Source: Desulfobacterales bacterium (lineage in GTDB: Bacteria > Desulfobacterota > Desulfobacteria > Desulfobacterales > UBA5852). Taken from it: 64,000 nucleotides of DNA. The stretch spans positions 2,542,730 to 2,606,729 of the forward strand of contig CAXXVS010000002.1 in assembly GCA_963674755.2 (NCBI GenBank), in the 5' to 3' direction. Of this stretch, positions 19,650 to 29,170 are shown in pieces. The translations under genes and the position numbers were made by a program. Below the pieces are notes generated by a model. That model had not been told where the DNA came from, did not search any database, and saw only the letters and a list, made by a program, of their open reading frames with translations. Within the stretch, counting starts at the first letter, position 1. Every line of letters begins with the position of its first letter.

Positions 19650-20531
19650 ATGATCACAAAGCAATTTTGGGCAATATTGACGATAGCCATGATAGCCATG
19701 CTGCCGGGCTGCAGCGCGACGCGCCAGATGATGGGGGTGGTCGCCTCCCCGGAGCTGGTGGCTGAATCTTTGGAAACCATGCCGCCGGATGCGGCCGTAG
19801 TAGCCCGCGCCATCGGGAACCGTCTGGGCGGCGATGCCCTGCCGGCCGCTGTGCGGCTGGAGCCTGCGGTGGATCGGGTTTTAAATACCTACCCGGGAAT
19901 TGAACCCGGCTTCAGGGTGCGCTCGGCCAATCTATGCCAGTATACGAAAACGGGTACCGGATCCGCTGCCCGCCGGGCGGCCGGACGCCTCGAATTGCAG
20001 GACGGTCTGGGACGCACGGCGGCGGTGACCTTTGAAGCGGATTACGACACCGGACCCCGCACGGTCGTAAAGAAGGTGCGTATCACCCCTCTTTTCGACA
20101 CCCCACCCGAAGCGATTTGTTTTGTGGTGCCGGCCCAGGCGGCGCGTCTGGACAAGGGCAATCTTCCCCGCAGCTTTGCGGCCTTCTACCAATATATGGG
20201 CGAACGGGCGCTGAGCCCCCAGGCAGTGGTCCCGGGGGGGGCTTCTGACTATGTGATGGCCGTGTTCTTCCTGAACCGGATGTCACCTTCGGCCAAAGCA
20301 AGCCTGGCCGTTTCTAGTACACCGGCCGGCATCCAGGGCTATGCCAAGGACAGCCGCTATGCCGACTACAACGGCTGGCGCGTGGGACTGGTCGCCGGGC
20401 GCCTGGCCCTGAAAAATCCCCAGAGCACAAGCAGCGTATATCTCAAAGCCGTCTATACCCCCGGCAAGGAAGCCGGCTTTTTTAAGATAGCCAAACTGGT
20501 GGGCGTGTATGCCTTGGCCCAAAGAGAATAG
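19650..20531 (+). CDS. Lipoprotein paralogous to the N-terminal domain of 18363-19613
   Basis: Lipobox LPGC; collinear shared motifs with the upstream gene (see findings). Confidence 0.75.
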   Translation: MITKQFWAILTIAMIAMLPGCSATRQMMGVVASPELVAESLETMPPDAAVVARAIGNRLGGDALPAAVRLEPAVDRVLNTYPGIEPGFRVRSANLCQYTKTGTGSAARRAAGRLELQDGLGRTAAVTFEADYDTGPRTVVKKVRITPLFDTPPEAICFVVPAQAARLDKGNLPRSFAAFYQYMGERALSPQAVVPGGASDYVMAVFFLNRMSPSAKASLAVSSTPAGIQGYAKDSRYADYNGWRVGLVAGRLALKNPQSTSSVYLKAVYTPGKEAGFFKIAKLVGVYALAQRE

Positions 20532-20542
20532 GGACCCTATCA

Positions 20543-20731
20543 GTGCCCATCCCTAAATGGCAGACTTTGGTTCCTGGCAAAGCCCGAGCGCATTTTCCCG
20601 CTCCGCGGGACTTCTCGGCTGATCGATTCCCAGCGGTGGGTGTCAACCGGAGGAAAAGCAAGCTATTTCGAGGATTGAAAACAAGCGAGAACGCCGCCAG
20701 GGGATGAAAAATGCCATTTATGGATGGGCAC
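20543..20731. repeat. Family A MITE-like element, copy A2
   Basis: 19/20 terminal inverted repeat GTGCCCATCCCTAAATGGCA / TGCCATTTATGGATGGGCAC. Confidence 0.8.
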
Positions 20732-20936
20732 GAACTAGGTAAAAATACCCATGCGATCCATCCCTGATTGGGCAATTGTACCAATTGCATACCCATGCAG
20801 GGCTTCTATAATATAGGAGGGTTAAAAGCCCCATGCAAACGCCCACCGTCGGCCGCCTTGCCGCGATTTAAGGGCGTAGGTCAGTGGCCATCCATAATTA
20901 GAGAAACCGCCCGCTTTCCGTGAAGGAGACAAGACC

Positions 20937-21419
20937 ATGGAGCTTAAATCCGTTGCCATCGACAATCCCGATCAGTTGAATTTCATTCTGGGCCAATCCC
21001 ATTTCATCAAAACCGTCGAGGATCTCTACGAAGCCATCGTGACAACCGTCCCCGGGGCCAGATTTGGTCTGGCCTTTTGCGAAGCCTCGGATGTCTGCCT
21101 GGTCCGCCATGCCGGAACCGACGAGGAACTTGTCGCCCTGGCCCAGAAAAACGCCATGGATCTGGCGGCCGGGCACAGCTTCATTATTTTCCTGCGCGAC
21201 ATGTTTCCCGTCAATATCCTCAACACCATCAAGAATGTTCCCGAAGTATGCCGCATTTTCTGCGCCACGGCCAACCCTGTCGAAGTCATCATTGCCGAAA
21301 GCGATCTGGGCCGCGGCATTATGGGCGTCATCGACGGTTATGCCGCCAAGGGCATCGAAGGGGAAGAGGATATTGCCAAACGCAAAGCCCTCTTGCGCAC
21401 CATCGGCTACAAGCTTTAG
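20937..21419 (+). CDS. Adenosine-specific kinase family protein (DUF355)
   Basis: NFILGQSHFIKTVEDL, FGLAFCEAS, AGHSF, VPEVCRIFCATANP. Confidence 0.9.
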   Translation: MELKSVAIDNPDQLNFILGQSHFIKTVEDLYEAIVTTVPGARFGLAFCEASDVCLVRHAGTDEELVALAQKNAMDLAAGHSFIIFLRDMFPVNILNTIKNVPEVCRIFCATANPVEVIIAESDLGRGIMGVIDGYAAKGIEGEEDIAKRKALLRTIGYKL

Positions 21420-21515
21420 GGGCGGAGTCTGCCCATGCAGACGTTCGGCGCCGGCCTCGATCGGTTTGTTGCAACGGATTTTTTCCGGAAACCCTTTTTA
21501 CAAAAGGAGATCCCC

Positions 21516-21710
21516 ATGGCCAAGCGGATTGTCATCGATGAAGATGAATGTGAAGGCTGCGAAACCTGTGTCGAGCTGTGCCCGAACGTCTTCGCGTTTG
21601 ACGACGACGCGCAGAAGGCGCGGGTCATCGACCCTGAATCCAAAGAGGACTGTGTCGAGGAAGCCATGGATTCATGCCCGGTGGAATGCATCAGCTGGGA
21701 AGAAGATTAG
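21516..21710 (+). CDS. Short single-cluster ferredoxin
   Basis: CEGCETCVELCP...SCPVECI; AAGGAG RBS. Confidence 0.9.
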   Translation: MAKRIVIDEDECEGCETCVELCPNVFAFDDDAQKARVIDPESKEDCVEEAMDSCPVECISWEED

Positions 21711-21815
21711 CGTCCGAACGTTCTCCCGCAATACCACCTGCCAAACGAAATCACCGGGGGCAACATCTTTCAGGATGCCCGGACCGAATGCCCCTGCCCT
21801 GCCACAGGATTGAAT

Positions 21816-22158
21816 CGAGAGTCTCCTCCTGCATAGCGGGAGGCCTCAGGTAGCCCCCTAAAAGAAGGCTTCAAGAATGAAGTTTTGGTCTTTGGTTTTC
21901 AGATTTCCCTTTGTCCCGCGCCGAGCATCGGCGATGCGGCCGGATAAAAGCGCGCGGACTGTCTGACCCCGCCGCAGGCGGGGGAGTTTCCGCGCGCTCC
22001 GGCCGTGTCGACGACGCGCAGGGTTAAGCGGGACACGGGCGTTTTCTTTTAGCTTCCTTTTCTTTCACGGGAAAGAAAAGGAAGGATCCAATTGATGTAA
22101 AGGCACTCCGGATCGGTAGAACTCTCCGCGTCCTCCACCAGAGGCGGAGGGTTTAGAT
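21816..22158 (+). repeat. Family B structured dispersed repeat, copy B1 (full length)
   Basis: CGAGAGTCT start; TTTGGTTTT..TTTGTCCCGCGCCGAGCATCGGCG..GCGGGACACGGGCG core; TAGAT end; shared with four other loci. Confidence 0.85.
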
Positions 22159-22521
22159 TATCGCTATGGCAATAATACATACCAACTCACCATCTTGCAG
22201 CCTGCGTCGCCTCCAGTCGACTGCCGCCGCAGGCCAATCATGAGTGCCGGATCTCCTTCAAAAGCCAAAGGTTGCTCCATATCCGGCCGCCTGCCTCGCC
22301 CGTCACAATGACCATCCCTCACGGCCTCGAAGGCCGCCGTAGCCGGTAATGCCCATCCGCCCTTCGATACACGCTTCTGCATGGCCAACCGAATCCTAAC
22401 GAACCGATTATCAGGGGCTAACCTTTACGGCTCTTTTATAGACCCGTTTTCAAGCGCTTGGGATCTCCATCGGTCGGCGTTTCCCGCCGGCATAACTTTT
22501 TTTTGCAACGAGGAGGCTTTG

Positions 22522-23243
22522 ATGAAACATCCTGCGGCCAAAACCGAATCTTCCAAACGCCTCACCCGGCGTCATTTCCTCAAACAGTCCGCCCTGGCGG
22601 GAGCGGCGGTCTTCGCCACCGCCAGCGTGGGGCCGTGGTTCATCAAGGACGCCTTCTCCACTTCGGGTGATCTGCGCCTGTTCACCTGGTCCGACTATTC
22701 CAAGCCCGAAGTGATCGAGGCCTTTGAAAAGGCCACCGGCATCAATGTAAAGCTGACCAACTACAGCACCAATGTGGCCTCCTTCGTCGGCGAGAACCAC
22801 CGCCTGAAGGGGCGGGTCCAAAAAGCCGCCGGGCCATTGGCGGAAGTAAAACCGCCTCCGGCATCCTCCACTGCCAGAACCCGAAACATCTGGGGGAGGG
22901 CCATGCCTCCCACCTGTTTATCCGCCCCGAGGCCATTACGCTGGCCAATGGCAACGGCAACGGCAACGGCAACGGAGAAAATTGCCTTGCCTGCCGGGTG
23001 GAAAACCACCATTTCGAAGGGCCGTACGCCAACATCTTTCTTCGCACCGCCGGCGACGAGGTTCTGACCATGCGGTTGAACAATGACGGCCACACGATTG
23101 CCCTGGACGCCGGTCAACCCGTCACGGTAACCTTTCGCCCGGCCAGCGCCGTGGCGTTTGACCGGGGGGGAGAGGCCCCATGCGTGAGCTCTGGCAACAG
23201 GCCCTGCAAACCTTCGGCCGGGCGGGCCTCACGTATATATTGA
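22522..23243 (+). pseudogene. Chimera of a Tat-signal polyamine-binding protein (PotD-like) N-terminus and an ABC ATPase (PotA-like) C-terminus, frameshifted
   Basis: TRRHFLK Tat motif and LFTWSDY..FEKATGINV join VASFVGEN at ~22773; LFIRPEAI/TOBE portion is in another frame after A4 at 22848-22851. Confidence 0.8.
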
Positions 23244-24073
23244 TGGCGGTGGGGCTATGGCTGCTCTTGATGGTTCTGGTGCCCCAACTCATCATGATCG
23301 ATTACGCCCTGCGTCCCCTGCTGCCCCTCGACAAAATCGGCGGCCCGGAGGATGTCCGGACCCTCGCCAATTTCCGGTTTCTCTTCACGAACCCCCTCCA
23401 TCGCATGGTCTTTCTGAAAACCATCTGGTCCAGTCTCGTAGTGACTGTGGTGGCGCTGGGGGTTTGCTACCCGATGGCCTTCTACCTCGCCAAGGTCGCC
23501 GGGGGCCCCCGGATCGGCTGGATCATGATCGGCCTGATCATCCCCTATTGGATCAATGAACTGCTGCGGCTGTTCGCCTGGCAGCTCATCCTGTCCGACA
23601 ACGGCATCTTCAACCTGGTCCTCATGGCCGTCGGCGTCATCCACGAGCCGGTCAATTTCCGGGCCGGCAACGGGGCGGTGATCGTCGGGAGGACCTATGC
23701 CTATGTGCTGTTCATGGTGTTTCCCCTCTACAACGTCATGGAGAGCCTGGATCGCAACCAGGTTGACGCCGCCCGGGACCTGGGGGCCTCCTGGTTTCGC
23801 ATCCATCGCCGGATCGTGGTGCCCCATGCCAAACCGGGCATTGCGGTGGGCGGCATCATGACCTTCATGCTGGCGGCCGGCTCGATTGCGGCCCCCCAGC
23901 TCCTGGGCAGTCCCAGCAGCTTCTGGTTCACGGAAATCATCTATACCCATTTCGAAACGGCGGACTGGAATCAGGGGGCGGCCTATGCCACCGTGCTGGC
24001 GGCCCTGTGCCTGGCATTCGGCTTTTTGATGCTGAAAGTCTTCCGCGTCAGTTTAAGGGAGCTGGCCCGCTGA
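23180..24073 (+). CDS. potB: Polyamine ABC transporter permease (PotB-like)
   Basis: CYPMAFYL, IPYWINELLR, DAARDLGAS (EAA loop), KPGIAVG. Confidence 0.85.
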   Translation: MRELWQQALQTFGRAGLTYILMAVGLWLLLMVLVPQLIMIDYALRPLLPLDKIGGPEDVRTLANFRFLFTNPLHRMVFLKTIWSSLVVTVVALGVCYPMAFYLAKVAGGPRIGWIMIGLIIPYWINELLRLFAWQLILSDNGIFNLVLMAVGVIHEPVNFRAGNGAVIVGRTYAYVLFMVFPLYNVMESLDRNQVDAARDLGASWFRIHRRIVVPHAKPGIAVGGIMTFMLAAGSIAAPQLLGSPSSFWFTEIIYTHFETADWNQGAAYATVLAALCLAFGFLMLKVFRVSLRELAR

Positions 24074-24837
24074 TGTCGTCCCAGTCGATCCTCCGTAGCG
24101 CCACCGCATGTTATCTGGCCCTGTTTTTCACCTATCTTTTTTTGCCGCTCCTGATATTGAACGGTGTCGAACTGGACGGCCTCGATGCCGCAGGCCGCTA
24201 TTTCCATGTGCTCGTGGTGGGGTCCGGGCATCCTATCCCCCAAGATACGCCGCTTGTGGATGCCATGGCATTGGCCCGTCAACAGGAAGCGCTGGTGATC
24301 TGGGCCCATCCCCACTGGACAGGCAACACGGTGGCAGAAGCGCGGGGCCACGAATTTGACGGTCTGGAAATCTACAACCACGGTTGCCAGTGCGAAATCG
24401 GCAAAGGCTATGCCACCTCACAATGGGATGAAATGCTCGAAACCCGTTCCGAAGTTATCGGCATCGCCACGGACGACGCTCATTTTACAACCGATAGTAT
24501 GTTCTGGAAGGGGGGCTGGGTCATGGTCGATGCCCCCCGCTGTAAGCGAAGGGCCATTCTGGAAGCTCTCCGGCAGGGCCGGTTTTATGCCTCCCAGGGG
24601 CCGGTCATCCATTCCCTGGAGGTGGAAGACGATCAGGTGCGGATGCAGACCTCGCCGATCCGGTTCGCCCGCTTGGTCGGTCCCCGCTACAAGGGGGAAT
24701 GGATCCACCAAACCCGGAAATTCACGGAAGCGGCCTTCCGTCTTCCGACGGACTGGGATTTCGTGCGCCTTGAGATCGAAGATGCCGAAGGCCGCCGGGC
24801 CTGGACCAATGCCCTTCCCGTCTGCTCCAGGCCGTGA
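24073..24837 (+). pseudogene. In-frame fusion of a PotC-like first TM helix to the C-terminal part of a PHP-family metallohydrolase
   Basis: MSSQSILRSATACYLALFFTYLFLPLLIL then NGVEL..FHVL..WAHPHW..DGLEIYN..ATDDAH; N-terminal HxH of PHP absent. Confidence 0.7.
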
Positions 24838-24948
24838 GTCTCCCGCCGCATAGGGGGCAGGTCTCTGACAGCACGACCTGAGGCGGTTTAAAGTCGGCTT
24901 ATAGTTTTTGGTTTTGAATTGCCGTTTGTCCCGCGCCGGGCATCGGCG
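24833..24948 (+). repeat. Family B repeat, copy B2 (3'-truncated)
   Basis: CGTGAGTCTCCCGCCGCATAG start and TTTGGTTTTGAATTGCCGTTTGTCCCGCGCCGGGCATCGGCG. Confidence 0.7.
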
Positions 24949-24990
24949 CGGGGGCCAATAGAAACCCGCCCCCGTCAGCCGGCCGTCGGC

Positions 24991-25830
24991 CTAATCCGAC
25001 GCCGCTACGGGATTGACCAGCTCGCCGATGGCATCGATGCGGCAGGTCACCACATTGCCGGCCGTAAGCGTGATCGGCGGATCCCGGAAAATGCCGACCC
25101 CGGCCGGCGTGCCGGTGGAGATGATGTCCCCTGGCAGGAGCGTGATGTCAGCGCTGATATATTCGAACAGGTGGGGGATGTCGAAGATCAGATCGCGGGT
25201 GTTGCCGGTCTGCATGAGGGTGTCGTCCACCGTGGCGGTCAGTTGCAGGTTGCCGATATCCTCGATTTCGTCGGGAGTGACCAGCACCGGCCCCAGGGGC
25301 GCGAAGGTGTCGAAGGACTTGCCCCGGAACCACTGGCCGTCGCCGAACTGGGCCTCCCGGCCGGAGACGTCGTTCATGATGGTGTAGCCGGCGATGTAAT
25401 CCCAGGCGTCTTCCCGACGGATACGTTTGCCTTCGCGGCCCACCACCACGGCCAGCTCCACCTCCCAGTCTACCTGGCCGCAACTGCGGGGCAGGACGAT
25501 GGGGTCGCCGGGGCCGGTGAGCGCACTGGGCGCCTTGGCGAACAGCAGCGGCTTTTCGGGTTCATCGAAATTACCCTCCTGGGCGTGCTCCAGGTAGTTC
25601 TTGCCCAGGCAGATCAGCTTGGAGGGCCGCGCCACGGGCGTTCCCAGACGCACGTCCATGGGCTGGCCGTCATCCGCCAGGCTGCTAATCTTCTTCAGCC
25701 AGCCGTCCCGGAAGAAGGTCTCACCGATATCGGGCAGTTCCGGAAAATGCCGGCGCAAATCCACGATGCGGCCGTCCTTCCACAGGCCGGGCCGTTCCTC
25801 CCCTTTATTGCCGAACCGAATCAGTCGCAT
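24991..25830 (-). CDS. Fumarylacetoacetate hydrolase family protein
   Basis: KLICLGKNYLEH, DWEVEL, NDVSGR, GKSFDTF, GDIISTGTP. Confidence 0.93.
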   Translation of the reverse strand: MRLIRFGNKGEERPGLWKDGRIVDLRRHFPELPDIGETFFRDGWLKKISSLADDGQPMDVRLGTPVARPSKLICLGKNYLEHAQEGNFDEPEKPLLFAKAPSALTGPGDPIVLPRSCGQVDWEVELAVVVGREGKRIRREDAWDYIAGYTIMNDVSGREAQFGDGQWFRGKSFDTFAPLGPVLVTPDEIEDIGNLQLTATVDDTLMQTGNTRDLIFDIPHLFEYISADITLLPGDIISTGTPAGVGIFRDPPITLTAGNVVTCRIDAIGELVNPVAASD

Positions 25831-25835
25831 GGGCT

Positions 25836-26609
25836 TCACTCCTTTGGGCTCTGTCGACGCCCTTCTTCGAGGCCGTCTTCGTAGTTCTTGCGGGCGTACC
25901 AGTCTACCTGGCGGCAAAGTCCTCTGATAATACTCACTTCCCGGGCCCGCAACTGGATGCGGGTAAAAAAATGGCGGATATGGCTCAGCCAGTAGTCGGG
26001 ATTTTCCGGGTTGATGTAAGAGATGCGCACCAGGATGTCCTTGAGCTGGTCGTACATGCGGTCCAGCTCGTGGCGCGTGGCCAGCCGGGGCGCCGACGGC
26101 CCGCCATTCTTGCCGCCGGCCGTGAAAAGGGCGTAGCAGACCACCATCACGGCCTGGGCCAGATTGAGGGAAGAAAAATCTGCGGTGGGAATATTGATCA
26201 GCGCATGACAGAGCCGCAGGTCCTCGTTGGTCAACCCGCGATCTTCGGGGCCGAAGACCAGGGCAATCTCATTCTCCCGGGAAATGGGGATCAACCGCTT
26301 GGCCATGACCCCGGGTTCGAGCACCACCTGGCGCTGGCCCCCCAGGCGGGCCGTGGTGCCCACCACGTACTGGCAATCCTGCAGGGCCTCCCCCAGGCTG
26401 TCGAAGGCGGCCATGCGGTCCACCACATGGCCGGCGGCATGGGTGGCCATCATGCGGATGCGGTCTTCGGCCGGATTTTCCGGCTGGACGATGGCCAGCC
26501 GGAAAATCCCCATATTGCAGGCCGCCCGGGCCGCCGCCCCGATGTTTTCCGGGTAGCGGGGCCGGTTGAGAACAATCCGCACCCGGGCCAGGTCGATGCC
26601 GTCGGACAT
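25836..26609 (-). CDS. trmJ: SPOUT tRNA methyltransferase, TrmJ/LasT family
   Basis: PENIGAAARA, VGTTAR, FGPEDRGLTN, SLNLAQAV. Confidence 0.88.
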   Translation of the reverse strand: MSDGIDLARVRIVLNRPRYPENIGAAARAACNMGIFRLAIVQPENPAEDRIRMMATHAAGHVVDRMAAFDSLGEALQDCQYVVGTTARLGGQRQVVLEPGVMAKRLIPISRENEIALVFGPEDRGLTNEDLRLCHALINIPTADFSSLNLAQAVMVVCYALFTAGGKNGGPSAPRLATRHELDRMYDQLKDILVRISYINPENPDYWLSHIRHFFTRIQLRAREVSIIRGLCRQVDWYARKNYEDGLEEGRRQSPKE

Positions 26610-27025
26610 CAGCCCACGATTTCGAAACTGTTGAAGAAATAACCGATCTCGAAGGCCGCCGTCTCCGGCGCGTCCGAACCGTGCACCACATTCTTTTCAA
26701 TGTCCGTGGCAAAATCGGCCCGGATGGTGCCCGGGGCCGCATCCTTGTAGTTGGTGGCGCCCATCAGCTCGCGGTAGCGGGCGATGGCGTCGTCCCCTTC
26801 CAGCACCATGACGACGCAGGGTCCGGAGGACATGAATTCGGTCAGGCTGCCGAAGAAGGGCCGCTCCTTGTGCACCGCGTAAAAGCCTTCGGCCTGGGGG
26901 CGGGTCATATGGATCATTTTCATCGCGGCGATCTTGAGATTGTTGCCCTCCAGCCGGCTAACCACCTCGCCGATCAGCCCGCGGGCCACGCCGTCCGGTT
27001 TCACAATCGATAGGGTTCGTTCCAT
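26609..27025 (-). CDS. ndk: Nucleoside diphosphate kinase
   Basis: [39 protein letters not shown]. Confidence 0.97.
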   Translation of the reverse strand: MERTLSIVKPDGVARGLIGEVVSRLEGNNLKIAAMKMIHMTRPQAEGFYAVHKERPFFGSLTEFMSSGPCVVMVLEGDDAIARYRELMGATNYKDAAPGTIRADFATDIEKNVVHGSDAPETAAFEIGYFFNSFEIVG

Positions 27026-27165
27026 TGGGTCCAAGTTCCTTTCCATAGGGTTGAAATTTGCCGCTGCCATACCAGAAGCCCATGGGCAAGTCAACGCGGC
27101 AGGCAGGCTGTCATAAAATGGACAACGGCAGAACAACGAGTGTGATGATGGGCCGTTCGCATCAG

Positions 27166-27535
27166 CGTGAGTCTCCTTCCGCATGGCAGAAGGTCTTTGG
27201 CAGCTCCATTGAAGGCATTTTAAAATACGGTTTTTAAGGTTTTGGTTTTGAATTTCCCTTTGTCCCGCGCCGAGCATCGGCGATGCGGCCGGATTAAAGC
27301 GCGCGGACTGTCTGAGTCCCGCCGTAGCCTTGGCGAAGGCGGGGCGAGTTTCCGCGTGCTCCGGCTGTGTCGACGACGCGCAGGAAGAAGCGGGACACGG
27401 GCGTCTGAAGCCTGTCACGCCGCGGCGTGATTGGTTACTTTTCTGCCACGCGGAAGAAAAGTAACAACGGCAGAAAAACCGAATCGATAAAACCTCTCCG
27501 GGTACTTCACTCTACCAGTAATGGAGGCATTAGAT
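27166..27535 (+). repeat. Family B repeat, copy B3 (full length)
   Basis: CGTGAGTCT start, conserved core, TTAGAT end overlapping the stop codon of the minus-strand gene at 27530. Confidence 0.85.
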
Positions 27536-28141
27536 TAAAGATAGATGCGACATAAGGGCGCGGGACATGTATTCCCCCACATCGGCCAAAGCGTCCGTGG
27601 GCAGAAAGCGATGGGCATTGTTGGAAAAAAGGCAGGTCACATTGGCGGGAAAGTCTTCATCCGGCAGATAAAAATGGTAGCAGAGCATGATCTTGGGCAG
27701 GGGCGCCACGATCAGCGACCAGTCCCCGGGACTGTCGTCCCCGGCCGGACACGCCTGGAACGCTTCGGCAATGGCGGCCTGCTGCTGGTGGAGCGCCGGC
27801 ACATGGGGCACCAGAATCCGCTCGGTGTGGGCGCGGAAGGCGCCTACATAGGGTGCGCTGTCCGGAAACTCGCGGAAGGCCCGCCAAGGCATTTCGACAA
27901 CCATGTCCGGCACCGCATGGCGCGCCAGCAGCGCCACGATGATCCCCCGCGGCCCCCATTCGGCTTGTCCGCCGAGGAAGATCCCGGCCGGTGAGATACG
28001 GCAGGGTTGGCCGAAGGCCGTCATGTCAAAGGCGTCCTGGGAGGCGGCGACACCGGGATAGGAAGCCAGGACACCGGTATCCCCCTGGAACAGCGCTCCA
28101 AGGTGACCGCGGATAAGGCCGGCATAAGCGGATTCGTTCAT
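27530..28141 (-). CDS. DUF3786 family protein
   Basis: WRAFREFP, APLPKI, DEDFPANVTCLF, LPTDAL. Confidence 0.8.
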   Translation of the reverse strand: MNESAYAGLIRGHLGALFQGDTGVLASYPGVAASQDAFDMTAFGQPCRISPAGIFLGGQAEWGPRGIIVALLARHAVPDMVVEMPWRAFREFPDSAPYVGAFRAHTERILVPHVPALHQQQAAIAEAFQACPAGDDSPGDWSLIVAPLPKIMLCYHFYLPDEDFPANVTCLFSNNAHRFLPTDALADVGEYMSRALMSHLSLI

Positions 28142-28510
28142 GGCAGGATTCCCTTATCGGTATGAGGGGCGGCATTCCGCCCAGAGGCGCACACCCGCGC
28201 CTTATTTCATCATACGAAAACGCACCCTATCGTTTGGGACGGCTCAGGGTCAAGCCGCCCGCCGCAACACTGCCCACCCCAGGAGTCGTTGACTGAAAAC
28301 AAACCGCGCGGTATATGAGCATAGAAACAATACGAAATCCGCCCAATTTGCACGACCAGCACCATCATTACCCTACCCCCAGCCGGCACGATAAAAATTT
28401 AGACGAACAGTGCGCCATCCTTCAGGATGGCCATATCTAAAAACAGGAACGCCGAAGATCATGGGCGTCCCTCTGACGGCCCCCAAGAACAGAAAAGAGA
28501 CGGAAGCAAT

Positions 28511-29005
28511 ATGGTTGTTAAATACGCCCATCTGAATGACTTTGTGCAATGGCTTGCCCTTGCAAGGGAAGTGGAGCCTTTGTTCGGTCCCATGATAAAA
28601 AACGATGGCTTCAAGTCCGCTTTGATGGATGCCATCTCCAACCAAACCGCCCTGTGTATTTCTTCGGCAGAGGGCTCCGCATTGGCGGGCGGCATCGTTA
28701 TTTCAAAGAATTCGAATGAAATCATGTGGCTGGCTGTTTCCGAAGCCGACCGCGGAAAAGGATTCGGTCGGCAATTGGTCGCATTGGCCCTGAATGCTTT
28801 GGACACAACCAGAGACATTGTTGTCCAGACCTTTGACCGTGCAGTGGAAGAAGGTCAAGCGGCGCGAAAATTATATGCGGTTTTTGGGTTCATTGACGAC
28901 CAGGATGGTGGATTGAATCCCGCAGGCATTCCCACCGTTATCATGAAACGCCCTGGCGCGAAGCCGACAGCGACGAAATCATCCAACGCCCATCGACTGC
29001 GTTAG
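28511..29005 (+). CDS. GNAT acetyltransferase
   Basis: WLAVSEADRGKGFGRQL, ARKLYAVFGF. Confidence 0.85.
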   Translation: MVVKYAHLNDFVQWLALAREVEPLFGPMIKNDGFKSALMDAISNQTALCISSAEGSALAGGIVISKNSNEIMWLAVSEADRGKGFGRQLVALALNALDTTRDIVVQTFDRAVEEGQAARKLYAVFGFIDDQDGGLNPAGIPTVIMKRPGAKPTATKSSNAHRLR

Positions 29006-29170
29006 AAAAAGCCGGCCAACCCATTCAAAGCCCCTTTCCTTCCCGGACCCCCGAAATCGCATTTTCTCCCTTGCTATCCGTCTGGATTTCTGAGATGGCT
29101 ATGTGCATATTACCAATATAGCTGATATTTTGGGAAAAATTACGTCTAAATCCTTGCCAGGTGAGGCAAA

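Noticed and set aside
21816..22158. Family B as a group II intron derivative (GTGAG start, AT end)
   Set aside because: No domain V motif or domain VI structure visible.
27026..27418. Long N-terminal extension on ndk, and other ORFs over repeats (31904..32806, 34371..34790, 753..1070)
   Set aside because: They read through family A/B repeats; ndk has a canonical start at 27025.
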